A stretch of 61,766 nucleotides of DNA, filler included, from Choristocarpus tenellus KU-1152 (GCA_964200185.2; 12 parts of 12 records of this genome joined end to end with filler, not necessarily neighbours in it), one strand, 5' to 3'; counted from the first letter of the whole stretch, positions 1 through 13,085 are shown. Made by a program: numbers and translations. The notes: generated by a model from the sequence alone, not told the origin.

Positions 1-312
1 TGTGGTCTATCCGCCCACCCTAGCAATACCAATGATTCCCCAACCTACCTGGAACAAATCCCCAAACTACAGCACACCCCTCCCCTGCAGCCTCTCCCCC
101 CTTTCGCGATTCCACACAACAAGTCTCCTATGTGTAGGAGAGGATGTCACAAAGATGTATTTGAACATGTGTATGCAGTGTGCCATATATATATATTGAA
201 GTATATATTTGTGTGTGTGTGTACATGACCTCTGTGGTCTATCCGCCCACCCTAGCAATACCAATGATTCCCCAACCTACCTGGAACAAATCCCCAAACT
301 ACAGCACACCCC
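1..312. repeat. Exact 80-bp direct repeat (1-80 and 233-312)
   Basis: tgtggtctatccgcccacc...cagcacacccc is identical at both positions; period 232 bp; the first copy may be cut by the window edge. Confidence 0.9.
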
Positions 313-421
313 AACCATGTCCATGCTCTTGCCTTTCACCCCTCCTAGTCTCTTCCTTTCCATTTCCCCCTGTTCTACATCCTCCTCCTTCATCAGTCCT
401 TTCATCACTCTCAGGGATGGT

Positions 422-682
422 CATTGTTGGTATATTAGAGGGTACAAGTTTTGTCCTGTTTGTCCGCTCGAGGCTTAGCTTCCCAGGAGTTTTTTTTATG
501 ACATTTTATCTACTGTGAAATATTTCGGAGTAGGTAAAATGTATACGTTACGAAAAGGTGTGTCCAGAACAAGGATGTTGACACTTCCTAATAAACACGA
601 TAGCCAAAATTTCATCAAAATCGCAACATTTGACTTTGGGCCCAAAATGGACGCAGCTCTACCATCTAAGATACTTTGATTT
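422..682 (+). mobile_element. MITE family A copy, left end eroded
   Basis: ttagagggtacaag...ctaagatactttga; body colinear with the other ~258-bp copies. Confidence 0.85.
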
Positions 683-1069
683 AATGCATGTTTCCATAGA
701 GTCACCTCTTTACCCAAAGTCAACCCTCTTTTTCCACAGCCAACGATATTCAGTCTATTGGTTGGGTGGGAAATGAATAATTCTCCTACATGAGTCTGCA
801 TACCTAAAAGCAAGCAATGTAAAATGATGATTGCAACAAATGATTGATATATCAAACATATCCATTGATCAATCTTTGAATCAGCACTAACATCCTCTGG
901 CAACGTTCATATGCATTCAAAATGTGGAAGCCCAGTATCAGCTCAGTCTGCTTGCAGAGTAAAGCCTTGTGTATACCCTGTTGAACCCACTTGTGATATC
1001 CACTCAACTGGAATGCAGTGAAGTGGGAGATGAAATTCCTGACAAACAAAATTCAACAATAGACAGGGG

Positions 1070-1192
1070 AATGTCTGGAGCAAGGATATAGTCACTTGCT
1101 AACGAACACGATAGCCATATTTCATCAAAATTGCAACATTGGATTTATGATCCTGAGCGGACGTGGACCTACCCTTTTAAATGCTTTGACTC
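1070..1192 (+). mobile_element. MITE family A' half copy (variant TIR taaatgctttgactc)
   Basis: Matches the 3' half of the copy at 21126-21381. Confidence 0.75.
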
Positions 1193-1954
1193 TTTCAACA
1201 TGCTTTTTTTGGTGATTCAATAGCACCATCCCTATCCCCTCTCGTTCCAATGTTGAACTTACGCACAACACGTCATTACTTGGAAATATAATTTCTTGTT
1301 ACATACTCAGCCTACCCCATTACATTGCTCTTCACCCTTCAAATCAAAATTAAGACTTTAACGGAGTCCCGATCAATTACACCCTGCCAGAAGTTTCTGA
1401 GTTGCATATAGAGACAATGGGGTGTTGTGTGACAGCTCTTCAGGAAAACACAAACACGTACATACTCATACAACTTCTATTCTTTCATCCTGGGCTCATG
1501 CATCAGGTATTTGTAAAGACCGTGATGCTAGGGGTAGGTGTTGTGGTGTCTGTGTCAATGTGGACAAGCTTTATAGAGGGCTGAACAAGACTGAGAGAAG
1601 CTGTATGATGTCAAAACGAGGAGGGGATTAAGTCTCGGGGAGTCTTCAGCCCTGAATATGATCCTCATCATTACTCAATTTCAAGTAGGTCATTAGTTCC
1701 AGCCATGAATGACCCAAGGTTTCACCCTGAACAAACATCTCCCCATGCGATGACTCAGGAGGTCATTGCCATGAAGAAGGGACTTCTGGACGAGCATGCA
1801 GCACACATAGATTATTATTGTGACAACGAGGGGAGGCTATGACACAGGTTGATGGGTGAAATGTGAGCACTCTGACTAGCCAGGTGATAACATCTTGTCT
1901 GAAGGTGTATGGCATTGTTGGGACAGATGGATGTGAAAGGGAATGATTATGGTA

Positions 1955-2213
1955 GAGCCGAAGTATCTTAGAGGGTAAAGCCACGTCCATTTGGGGTTCA
2001 AAATCCAATGTTGCAATTTTGATGTAATTTTCGCTATCATGTTTGTCAGGAGTTGTAAATATCCTTGTTCTGGGCACGCTTTTAGATAACGTATGCATTT
2101 TACCTACTCCAAAACATTTTGGAGTAGGTACAATCTCATTAAAAACCCATGGAAAGCCAAGCCCAAAAAGGACAAACAGGGAACTACTCGTACCCTCTAA
2201 GATTCTTTCACTC
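1955..2213 (-). mobile_element. MITE family A full copy, 4-bp TSD GGTA
   Basis: Ends gagccgaagtatcttagagggta / taccctctaagattctttcactc; ggta on both flanks. Confidence 0.92.
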
Positions 2214-2254
2214 GGTAGATACTCCAGATAGTATAGAAATATCACTGTATTCTC

Positions 2255-2423
2255 GTATCTGGGATGGGGGGGGTCTACACCAGGGTGTCCATTCAGGTCC
2301 TGATCAGGAGAAGTGAACTTACATTATCCATTCGACACATGCAACCAAATCACCCAAATATAGTGACATGGAAGAATGGGCCCCAAAATGGACGGCCGTC
2401 ACAACCCCCAGATACTTTAAGCC
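2255..2423 (-). mobile_element. MITE family B copy (G/C-run spacers), left terminus eroded
   Basis: gtatctggg...gtccattc / atggac...cccagatactttaagcc; body matches 18101-18282. Confidence 0.85.
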
Positions 2424-3203
2424 CGTTTTTTCTCATGATCGCTTTCACACCCAAGAGTAAGCTTAATGGAAAATGGCGATGGTTCAGAGTGACCATAATG
2501 AAATGTTTTGTTATGACTCTGTGTGGGTTGGGGTTTGATATCAATGGTGCTGTTAAGATAAACCTTGAATCTTATCTTCACACATTCAGGTGATGTGAAT
2601 GACTCATTTGCACCATCCACATACACCAATGAAGCAGGGGAATGGGTCATTTCATCCCTCCCTGTATCCTCCCCATTTCCCTACATTGGTCCCGTGATTT
2701 CATTGTTCCCCTACCAAAAGAGGGAAGTCCAGGTGGTAGGAATCAACATGGATGTCCTGGGCAAGGTTGATGTGGAGGAGGCTGGGGGGGGAGGAGAGCA
2801 AGGATTGATAGGGGGGAGAAGAGATAGGTGGCGATGACATGTGTGTAACCAACCCTGGCATAATATTGAGCCTACTATAGCCAGTGATACTCTCCCCTGT
2901 GTTGTTGATTGTTGCTGCCCGGATTTGATCCAGACCAAGATAGATGGAGAGGAATGCAAGAGGTGGTGTGGTGAGGGACAAGTCAATATAGATGGAGGAT
3001 TTGTGAGGTTGCTTGAATGACATGGGCAGTAGAGGGTCTGACTGGCACCATGTGACACCTACAAGCATTTAATTATAATTGGCAGAAGAGGTGGAAGAAG
3101 AGCTTGAACCACAAGCCAAAGAGTGATGTGAAGCAGGCAGGTGTCCCCATTTCCGGCCAACTCTACTCGACACTGATAGTGTTGCTTGGTGTCCCATACT
3201 AGG

Positions 3204-3461
3204 GAGTGAAGGTATCTTAGAGGGTACGAGTTTGTCCCTGTTTGTCGGTTTGGGGCTTGGCTTCCCATTGATTTTTTATGACGTTTTACCTGCTCCAAAA
3301 TGTTTTGGAGTAGGTAAGACATGTACGTTATGAAAAGGTGCGTCTGGAACAATGATATCGACACTTCCTAGCAAACACAACAGCCAAAATCACATCAAAA
3401 TCGTAACATTGGATTTGACCTCTAAACAGACACGGCTTTACCCTCTAAGATACTTTGACTC
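3204..3461 (+). mobile_element. MITE family A full copy
   Basis: gagtgaaggtatcttagagggta...taccctctaagatactttgactc; flanks tagg/aagg (4-bp TSD with one mismatch). Confidence 0.92.
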
Positions 3462-5673
3462 AAGGGCCACATGTAATGCTCAAATTACTTACATGTTCTA
3501 GGGTGTGAACCCATGTACACACCAGAGCACTTCAACATATCCCACGAAATTCCACACTTGTTGCAGGTCAACCCCTCTGTGGATATGAAACTTAATGGGG
3601 TGTGGTACAAAACGGATCGGAGTTCATAATCTTGGAACAGTTTCTACAATGCTGCACAGGGTGGTAATCCACTGCTGCGTAGGTGGAAACTGCTTGTATT
3701 GGGTGGTTATGACAAGAACTGCACTTTAAATGGCAATGGTTCGGCAACACTTGTAGACCACATCATGGCCAGGTTCAAGTCCTTGAGCCGCATCCCCTTC
3801 CTTGTGAATGGGTATAGCGAAAAGGTGGGGCTCAACTCGTTGAGTCCTTGAGCTCTTGGAATGGTCATAGTTGGTTGAGCCTGGCCATGGTGTGATCTCT
3901 AAGTGTTACTGGATCCACTTCCATTTCGAGTGCAATTGTTGTCATAACTTCCTGATAGAAGCAGTTTCCATCTGCCTGGCAGGGAACCAGTACCCTGTAG
4001 GCTTGTGACAATAGCGTCATTCCAATCCTTACGCACCACACCCCATATAGTTTTCATATCTGCAGAAGGGTTGTCCGGCAACATGTGTATGAATCGGTGG
4101 GTATGTCAAAATCATCTTGTGTGTAGATGGGTTGACAGCTTGTCAGACCCCTCTGTATTGTCTTTGACGTGTTTGTGATCAATGACATTTGGACACGTGG
4201 TGCTAGATAGAAGTCTGTGGGTGATTTATTGGGGTGTGTAACAAAGAGAGCAACCTAATAAATGTCTCATTGCACTTACTTTGTTGAGCAGGTTGTTTAT
4301 CTTTAGTTCCCTTTCACCTTGTCGTGCAATCTGGTACACACCAGATATATTTGCATTTGTAGTGGTATTTTATACTCCTATTTTTTTTCCCATTCCAGCT
4401 TGTACTGTCCTTACCGTTTATGTGTAGAGCTGCAAATCCTTGGCAAACTTACAAGAAGTAATTTTTGATACATCCTCTTTGGTACATACTGGTTAAGTAG
4501 GACAGTTCAACCGTTGGATTTGATGTGGCGAATTGTTAGATGTTATTAGAGTGAGATACTGCCTCACTGCAGTAAGGAGTGCTTGTTGGGATTTTCATAG
4601 GGGGATATTATAATCAACTGACAAGTCAAACCAAGGAAGAGGTAGGCAGGGTTCCATTTTAAGGCGCCTGACAAAGGACAAGGAGATGGCATTAGGTACA
4701 TTTCCAGAAGGAGTCATTGCTTAATTATGGTGTTGCATTACGAGTTCGAAGGGGGATTGTCATTTTGGTGTGAACTATTGTGAACATAAAGTTATTGAGT
4801 AGGATGCATTGCCAAGTGTGAGAAAGATTGCTTAGAAAACAAAGAGGGTCTAAACCTACCTATTTTTTCATTGGCTTGGTTCTACATTCTATGAGTCAAA
4901 CCAAGCGAGAAGTAGGAAGATTTGGACCCTCTTGCGTTCTAAGTCACCTTTCTTACCACACACAATGCACTATTTAATTGCTCAGGTGCAAAATAGTTCA
5001 CAAAAGAAGTGATATTTACATCCTACTACATAAATGGTGCAAGTGTGTGGTTTACTGATGGGCTTGAACGGCAACATCCTACCACTATTCCTTCTGCTAC
5101 AATGGTAGTACAAATACCAAGGCAGACCATGAGAAGCTGGTAGTAGCATAGTGTGCTGCTCCCTTCCTAATATGTGAATATTCACAAAACGCATGTGTGA
5201 AGTATGTCCAGCTATGGAGCAAAAGTGTAGCCTAATGCACTAGAGGCACAGCATAGCACTACTCACTACCACAATTTTGTGTTGTAGAGATACGTACTTG
5301 AGATGACTATCTTGCTGAGTTAATCAATGCCATCTCCACATTCTTGGTCATAGTTCTAGAAATTCTTGAGTGAAGCACTGTTTTTTGGCAAATGTACATT
5401 CAAAGTAAAGGAAAACATACACCAACTCTACCTAAATTTGTACTATCTTGTCGGGCAGCAATTTCAATTGCATCCAAATCCTGTCATGGCAGAATAAAAC
5501 CAAGGGATTCGATCAATATAAATCTTTTGACTCTTTTGTCCAAAAACAGCATGATGGTGAGAGTATTTTGAGTTGCAATATTATCGATCACATGTCAAGA
5601 CATAAATTTTGGAACATGAAAAAGCTCAATAATCCAGCTCACACATACATATATTTGACACATCTAGATGTTA

Positions 5674-5823
5674 GGCTCAGAGTATCTGTATCTGGGGGGG
5701 GGGCTGTCCATTTGGGGCCCATTTTTCCATGTCGTGATTTTTGGGTGATTTGGTTACACGTGTCGGATGGATGATGGAAGTTCACTTCTCTGGGTCAGGA
5801 CCCGAATGGACACCCTGGCGTGG

Positions 5824-5864
<41 letters not shown>
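5674..5864 (+). mobile_element. MITE family B copy ending in a long poly-C run
   Basis: ggctcagagtatct...ggctgtccatttgggg...gaatggacaccctgg followed by a C run. Confidence 0.8.
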
Positions 5865-5909
5865 ACTCAACTCTTATCCTTCTTTGTTCTATAGTAGCAA
5901 TGCAGGGGA

Positions 5910-6009
5910 NNNNNNNNNNNNNNNNNNNNNNNNNNNNNNNNNNNNNNNNNNNNTTAATTAATTAANNNNNNNNNNNNNNNNNNNNNNNNNNNNNNNNNNN
6001 NNNNNNNNN
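5910..6009. other. Artificial 100-nt assembly linker with stops in all six frames; first of 11
   Basis: Identical N-TTAATTAATTAA-N blocks at 5910-6009, 9892-9991, 13186-13285, 16276-16375, 22607-22706, 25787-25886, 29764-29863, 32799-32898, 41147-41246, 45534-45633, 59121-59220. Confidence 0.99.
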
Positions 6010-6122
6010 CTCCACAAGCACCGAAATAGTTTTGAACAAAAATATATCCCATTCAAAAAGGGGCCCTTAAAACGTGCCGCAACATTTACAAAAAAAAACA
6101 TATCGACACTTTTTCCAGGTCA

Positions 6123-6183
6123 ATTTTGGGTCAAACCCATCCTCCATACTATCCTCCATCCTCAATTTTTGAAATCCACTGTT
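6123..6183 (+). repeat. Dispersed repeat family C end (probable DNA-transposon terminus)
   Basis: ttttgggtcaaacccatcctccatactatcctccatcctcaattttt...ctgtt; related copies at 16151-16204 (reverse), 22707-22752 and 32911-32971, all near contig ends. Confidence 0.75.
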
Positions 6184-6429
6184 ATTTGGAGGTCGTGTCG
6201 AGTTCACCCTTCCAGGATTGAGGATTACGGAGAAGGAAGACCCTTACTTAATAAAGCGCACTTTAGAACGTGCATTATCTTCTTGAATATATTTTGACAA
6301 AGTCCATATCCAACAGTAGTAGTAGTAGCAGTCTAAACCCAAGTGATAAATACCTAGATATTTTAATAGGGTTGATAAATAGCCCGATTGTTGTGTTCTG
6401 AGAACTGTATGCGATAACCTTATCTCAAT

Positions 6430-9400
6430 TCAATAGAAAATCCAAAAATCAGACTTCATTCCGCATATACACTTATAGTACGTACATGGACGCCATACAT
6501 ACATGTTGGTCATCGTAGTGTTGTGGCTGAAGGGAACACATAGGGACCATGTACGAAGCCTCTTGTTTGGCACTGCAATGAACCAGCACTTGGGAAACTG
6601 CAACCATTGAACAGTCATACCTATCCACAAGGAAACCAACTTGACCACCTCACACAATCGGTTCTCATCCAGTGGAATACGTTATTCAGGTTTTCACGGA
6701 AAGATTTTTGATTATCAAATATATTTCTCCGCTCAACTATTGTGGAAGGTGTTAAACTCAGTCCTTCAGAATATATGTTTCATCTCCAACATGTGCACTG
6801 GATGGTGGGGAACATACAAACAAGACTAAAGATGCCAACACAGCTAGCTCCCATAGAGTGCACTATTCAGGCCTGAAATAGCACCAAATTGATTCTTAAA
6901 CAATATTTGCATGTACCAATTACAGAACACATTCAACAAATGAGTAGACCACAACATACTGCAAGTGAATCCAACTTCTGCCAATCATGGCAGTACACCT
7001 TGTACTCTGGGAGGACTCTGATATATTACATGTGTGGCCACCAGAAGAGTCAACACCATATAGCCTACATTTGCACAACCTAGCGCCCAGCATAGGTTCA
7101 GTCGAGCACTCCCTTGCACCCGTGTACTCTTTACAAGTTCAAAGGGGGAAACGACACATCAACTGCAGGTATTCACCAATATTCTGGGACTACATGTTGA
7201 ACGCACTGACGAACTAACTGTCAATTCATCAGACCATTTTCTGCGAAGGGATCCAAAACCTGCTTCTCAGGGATTTGGTGAGAGAATTCAACCAGCATAG
7301 CATTGCAACGATTGACCACGAGGTGACCCTATACTGCACCATAATAAGGACACCTACTGAGCCCCCCAGCCCTCCTTGCATGCATAGCGGCACAGGCTAT
7401 GCAATGAACAGAGCAGAAAACTCTCATGCAACGCCTGTGACCATACATAGAAAGCAGTGGCAAGGCATTTGCCGTTTCATATTGTATTCTACGAGACATA
7501 AAATCAAATGGTGACATTGAAGCCACATACAAATATTGCTTTACCATAAGAACAAACCTCTGCAGCTACTTACAAACAAGTCAGAACCGCACCATCATGC
7601 TAGCTCTGGGAGAGTCACCTATGTGGAGCACGGAGGTCAGTGCACAAGGCTTCACAGTCCTAACATATCTAGCACACAGTAAGAACACAGTGCACTTCCT
7701 GAGATTGCAGGCATGACTCCTCGCTTTCAAAAAAGTGAATGCCCCACCAAGGTCTGTTCTACTCTTCCTGCTGACTGTTCTTCACTTGTGGGAGTGACTC
7801 ATTTGTCTGACTCCTCGTGGCCTGACACTGTTTACATTCCCAGCGCTTTACAGTCTCTCTCTCTCTCTGCCCTTCCTTTTGCCATGGCAAGGTCTTACCC
7901 TCATTACCACTACCATCTACTTTCCCACTCCCACCACCGTTGCCTTGCTGAGCATTGACCTGCGGGATACTAGGTGCCTTTGGAAGAGCTGGATCAAATG
8001 CAGTGGTCTGACCTGGCTCCAAGTTCACCTCGGGAGAGGGAACAGGAGCATCATGAATGACCCTTACTGCACAGTCTGGCAAAAGAGGTAGAGTTTGAGA
8101 AGAACAGTTGGGTCACAGGAGATTCATAGTACAAATAAAGCAAGCTCTATCAACTACTGACCTTCATGAAAGTGCAACAGAAAAATGAAACTTGAAAAGA
8201 GATGTCAAAAAGAGGTACAATGCTGCCCTTGAATACCCTGATTCACATGGACCTTAACGGTTAATAAGCCAGCAATACATGTTACCCCATAACAGACATT
8301 GGGACCACCAGGCCTATCATCACAAGGTTCAGTCTATCTACCATAGCAGCACCAAAATGAGAACAAGTTGACGGTTTTGATTGATTCCAAATCATCCTCC
8401 AAGAATGGGTGCATTTCGCATTACACTGCTGCAGTAAATAGTACACACAATGGGCAGGACCTATGCAGGAATGGTGGGGACCTGTTTCTCCTGCTGTCTC
8501 CAGTGCAGCATGGTCTTTTCACACAAGAGATGAACAAGTATAGTGGAAGTGAGGTCATTATGCCACAAACTGAAGCCTGTTGCATATAACATACACTTCC
8601 AACACATTCATCTCTTGGGGTTTACACCAGACCAGTCAGTACCTGTCACAGGATTGGACCATGGGCCAGTCCAGTAAAATGTTTTCTAACAGGAACACTC
8701 TTGGAAATATAAATGGAGCCAGATAGAGGCCCAGTTAGTGACAAATGTTGTTAAACAGTACACTGACAAGTCACGAATTTCACATCTTCAGTGGGACCAA
8801 CTGCTGGCTAGCACAGGTAAGGCATAACACATAAGACATAATTTGACAGCAGGGTGAGGCCAGGTCTCAACTTAGTCTAACAGAACCAGTTGGTCTATAC
8901 GTAAATTACAAATTAGTACATGCGGTAGGCATCAGATATATTGTGCACATAGCCAGGTAGAAGGCATGTGTGTAAAATGAAAAAGCGCAATATATATTCT
9001 TCTCACAAACACATCAAGGATAGGACCCCAGGTGATACACATCCAGCCATCACTCAACGCCAAGAGCACAAATTTATAATTTGCACTTGAACACTCTAAA
9101 TATATTCCATAAATAGAAAATTGTACGAGCAATATATATATATATATATTGTTCAAAAATGTAACAAATAAAAAAGTTAAAAGGATAGTAGTAGCGCCGG
9201 TGTTCAACCCTTTTAATGAAATGGTCAGGTTGGGAAAAATCTTTCTTAAAAGGATCAAGCCAGGGCCTTAGAGATGCAATAAGCTGGAGCCCACCCCAAC
9301 ATGTCTGACCTGTATATCTGCTGGTCTTGTACAAAGTTCAGCTTATCTATCAATTCATCATCAATAGGCAGGCATCTCTTGCAAGAAGAGACACTGTGGA

Positions 9401-9840
9401 CATGATCAACCACAGGCACCAGATCGAGCATTTTTTGGACAGCACCACAAACAATAATAAGCAACAATTACCCCAACATACCCAATAGTATCCCATAGTA
9501 CTACAGAGCGCTTCAGAGTCAACCGAAAAAAATTCAGGCATGTTTAACAAATGAGGGCTAGCATTCTGGGACAAACAAAAAAATCAACAAAATTGAGCTT
9601 ATCTTGTAGCACAACCTGGATCCACATCAGGCGTAGGAGGGTTAGAGGTATAAAGCATGGCATTAGGATAATGGTCATCACAAACACAAAGCAATACAAA
9701 ACACAGGAAGTTGTCAACATGCCTGCTGTTGCATGTACTGGGGTACCACAATCCCAGCAGTGCACCATTGGAGCCCCTGGTCTCTCCCAGCCGGAACAGG
9801 TGTCACATAAATGCCCATGAGAACGGCACACCTGCTGCAT
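6430..9840 (-). pseudogene. Decayed coding region with Cys/His-rich (PHD-like) segments, probably transposon-derived
   Basis: LCDTCSGWERPGAPMVHCWDCGTPVH resembles the start of a PHD finger; further CxxC segments; frames broken by many stops. Confidence 0.35.
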
Positions 9841-9871
9841 ATGAGTTATGAGAAGGTATGGACAAGGATAA

Positions 9872-10083
9872 GGCTTAAAGTATCTGGGGGGNNNNNNNNN
9901 NNNNNNNNNNNNNNNNNNNNNNNNNNNNNNNNNNNTTAATTAATTAANNNNNNNNNNNNNNNNNNNNNNNNNNNNNNNNNNNNNNNNNNNNGTCGGATAG
10001 ATGCTGTAAGTGCACTTTTCCTGATTGTGGTCCAAATGGGCACCCTGCTGTAGACACCCCCCCCCTCCCAGATACTTTGGGTC
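9872..10083 (+). mobile_element. MITE family B: one end before the gap (9872-9891), the other after it (9992-10083)
   Basis: ggcttaaagtatctgggggg, then gap, then ...cccagatactttgggtc. Confidence 0.75.
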
Positions 10084-10444
10084 AGAATGGTGGCAGAACA
10101 CACTAATGGAGACGAAATTTAGGTTGCCATATCGGTCCAATAAATACATGTGTAGGAGGAAACGTAAACACAAACTCTTCTGGAGCAGAATAATTTCAAT
10201 ATATATATTACATGCATAAGTCCGTTGTTTTATATGGAACGTATGATCCCTGTCCATCATAACATGTCCGTGGAGGCATGTGTCTGACTGGCGAAGTGGA
10301 GGGTGAGTCACGAACAGATATTGGCCTATGTTCCTTCTCAAAGCCATGTCTGTCGTCAATATGGTGGCTGTGTAGGACTTATACCCAGAACCAGACCCGT
10401 TTAGACAATGGTGTTGTAGTGTTGGACAAGGAGCTGCATATTTC

Positions 10445-10702
10445 GAGTGAAGGTATCTTAGAGGGTACGAGTTTTGTTCTGTTTGTCCATTTGGGGCTTG
10501 GCTTCCCTTGGGGTTTTTATGAAATTGTCCTACTCCAAAATGGTTCATAGTAGGTAAAATGTGTACGTTATGAAAAGGGGTGTTTGGAATAAGGATGTTG
10601 ACACTTCCTAACAAACACGACAGCCAAAATTACACTGAAATCGCAACACTGGAGTTTGGCCCCCAAATGGACGCGGATCTACCCTCTAAGATACTTTGGC
10701 TC
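10445..10702 (+). mobile_element. MITE family A full copy, 4-bp TSD TTTC
   Basis: Both TIRs intact; tttc at 10441-10444 and 10703-10706. Confidence 0.93.
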
Positions 10703-10706
10703 TTTC

Positions 10707-13085
10707 GCAAGTCGCCATTCTCCCGTTTGAACTTGTGGGGGTAGCTGACTCGCTTTTCACTAACTTAGACCGTGTATAGTGGGGCTGGTACTTGGTCACG
10801 GTCCCTCGCATCCGCTGATCGTCCCATCCGAAGTATAGTCCCCTTTCCTTAGTTCTGGCATTGAGCGTTACTCCCTCATCTGAATCCGGCACATATAACT
10901 CAGTGTCGGTTCAAGGGGCCTATATTTCTATATATAGGCCTGTTCATGTCCCCACGATTTCGTGCCCGACAGCGAACTTGGGCACACAGGGCTGTAGTCT
11001 CGTCACTGTCCCTCTTTTGTTCTTGTCTCGAAATTGGTTGACACCCTCTTCGATCACGTCCTCTGTTATGTACGACCCCAGTTGAGGGGGGGGTACATAT
11101 TTTTCGCCATCTTCCAGGAGGTAGGACATAGAGTAAATGCACGCCTCTGAAACATCACGTGAACATTGCTGAGAGCCAAAGTATCTTAGAGGGTAGAGCC
11201 GCGTCCATTCGGGGACCAAATCCGATGTTGCAATTTCGATGTAATTTTGACTATCATGTTTGTTAGGAGATGTCAATATCCTTTTCTGGACACTCCTTTT
11301 CGTAAGGTAAACATTTTACCTACTCCAAAACATTTTGGAGCAGGTAAAATGTCAATAGAAACCCATGGGAAGCCAAGCCCCACATGGACAAACAGGACAA
11401 AATTTGTACCCTCTAAGATACTTTGACTCTGACCTTCCCCTGTACGATTGACCCTCCCCACTTGCGCGTATGAAGGTGGTTCCTCAACCGAATCTGGCTT
11501 CGGGCATGCCCCCAAGCCTGAGTTGCCTCGAGAAGCGAGCAGGTATCCCACTGAGCGATTGCCGGTTGGATTCCGAGGCAAACCTCTGGTATTGACCAGG
11601 CAGAATCCTGAATGTGTTGTCCAGGTGGTTGTGGTCGATGTCTGTGAAGTCTGGGATGATGATAGTCTGAAGGGGCACGACCCGGGGGCCCGGTTGTGCG
11701 TCCTGCATCGCCACAAACATGTTCGTTGCGAGGGCTGTGTTGGTGTGTAGGACAATTGTAATGTGTTTGCGCGTTATGGCCTGATTTAGCTGTATGAGGG
11801 GGTGTTTTGTTTTTTTTAGAAAAACGGATAGTTTTATATGGATGATTGAGGATACACTTAGGCAGCGAACCGAACGTATGGGACGCGTTTATTCGCCCTA
11901 CGTAAGCTTTGAAATATTACTTGAGAGAGTTGTCAATGGCGGTTGCAAGTTGGGAGAACAAAATGTCCATGGTTTGGATGCCAGGGTTGGATGTTATGGG
12001 GGAGGAATTATATGTTGTTTAGAGGGGATATGAGGGGATATGTGACATGTGTATAGGGACAGCGTGGCTTCGTTCGTGTAGGGCATTGTTTTGTGTTGGA
12101 AGCAATAAGAAGCGTTACCCACCTTGTCCGTCCGTGACATGTGGATAATTGGCATTCCATCAATGAAGCTGGCATTCAGCACCTCGAAGTCTTCAGTGAC
12201 AAAGACGATCTCATCTCCAGCACTGAACATCCCTCCGTAGCTGGAGTGGTGTCTGGCGTTCCATTGAATCGTTTCCTTGCGGTGCACAGTGAATGGCAAG
12301 AACTCATACCATTATACTCTGATGGCTGCGTCCGCACAATGCATATGTTCCCCTCAGTGAGCTGTCTCTTCTTCCTGGACAGCTCACTTCTCTGATACAT
12401 ATCACCTGTTCCCGCTTCGGTGGAGAATCCGAGGTCTATTTGCTTGAGTGGGGGCATGTGGATTGCCACCTGCATTGGGCGAGGTTGCCGATGGAACAGT
12501 TTGTGCAGTAGCAGGACAATTCGGTGTATACCAGTGTATGGGAGCCGCCGGGTGTGAGTTGAGCAATGAAGAACCTATGCATGGACTTGATTCCACTGAG
12601 GTTAGGGACACGTGGGTCGTGTCGTTCCGTACGGTCAATCCTGTAAGACGGAAGGTGGACTATCTCCTGCGTGCGGAACGTGTCGATGTGTAGAAGTTTT
12701 TCGTGCGTGTTACTGTGCTGTCTGCCATCCCTGTCCGTCCAATCCTAAGGGTATTGGTCATTCGGCGTATGAGGGGAGGGGGGCGGTTAGTGATGGAGTT
12801 TACGTCGGTACCGAGGCACTGTGCTGTGTGACCGTTTCTATGTGATTGCATATATGTCCTTTGCATTGATATATGTGATACATCTATCGCAGTAATAATA
12901 CTTTGGTAGGGACAGATGGGAGTGTGTGATGAAACCTGAAACCTGGAGTTCAATTTGGTTACGTTTTTCCAACTGACGGACTAACGAGAAATAGAGTGTA
13001 ATGGCTGCAAGACCGCAGTGACTTGCTGCCATTGCTTGACTTCAAGAACTGCGATAAGCGATCGTACTGTGTCTGACTTGTGTTG
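10707..13085 (-). pseudogene. Degenerate, probably intron-containing Sola2-like transposase (C-terminal part) plus downstream coding relic
   Basis: Minus-strand frames give an eroded FLKSSNG.K..C...LVRQLEK (HGK..D-like), then SGIKSMHRFF...LVYTELSCYCTNCSIGNLAQC (~12470-12600) and GNICIVR...YGGMFSAGDEIVF. These resemble motifs I recall from HGK-type DDD transposases; stops and frameshifts are present. Confidence 0.55.
11173..11429 (-). mobile_element. MITE family A full copy, 3-bp TSD TGA, inserted in the coding relic
   Basis: gagccaaagtatcttagagggta...taccctctaagatactttgactc; tga on both flanks. Confidence 0.92.

Noticed and set aside
496-903. Apparent protein family in many ORFs (ILEGT.FVLFV, ILPTPKHFG, YPLRY)
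   Set aside because: These are translations of non-coding MITE A copies in various frames.
5910-6009. Recurring TTAATTAATTAA as a biological motif, and ORFs containing X runs
   Set aside because: Always embedded in identical 100-nt N blocks; a synthetic linker.
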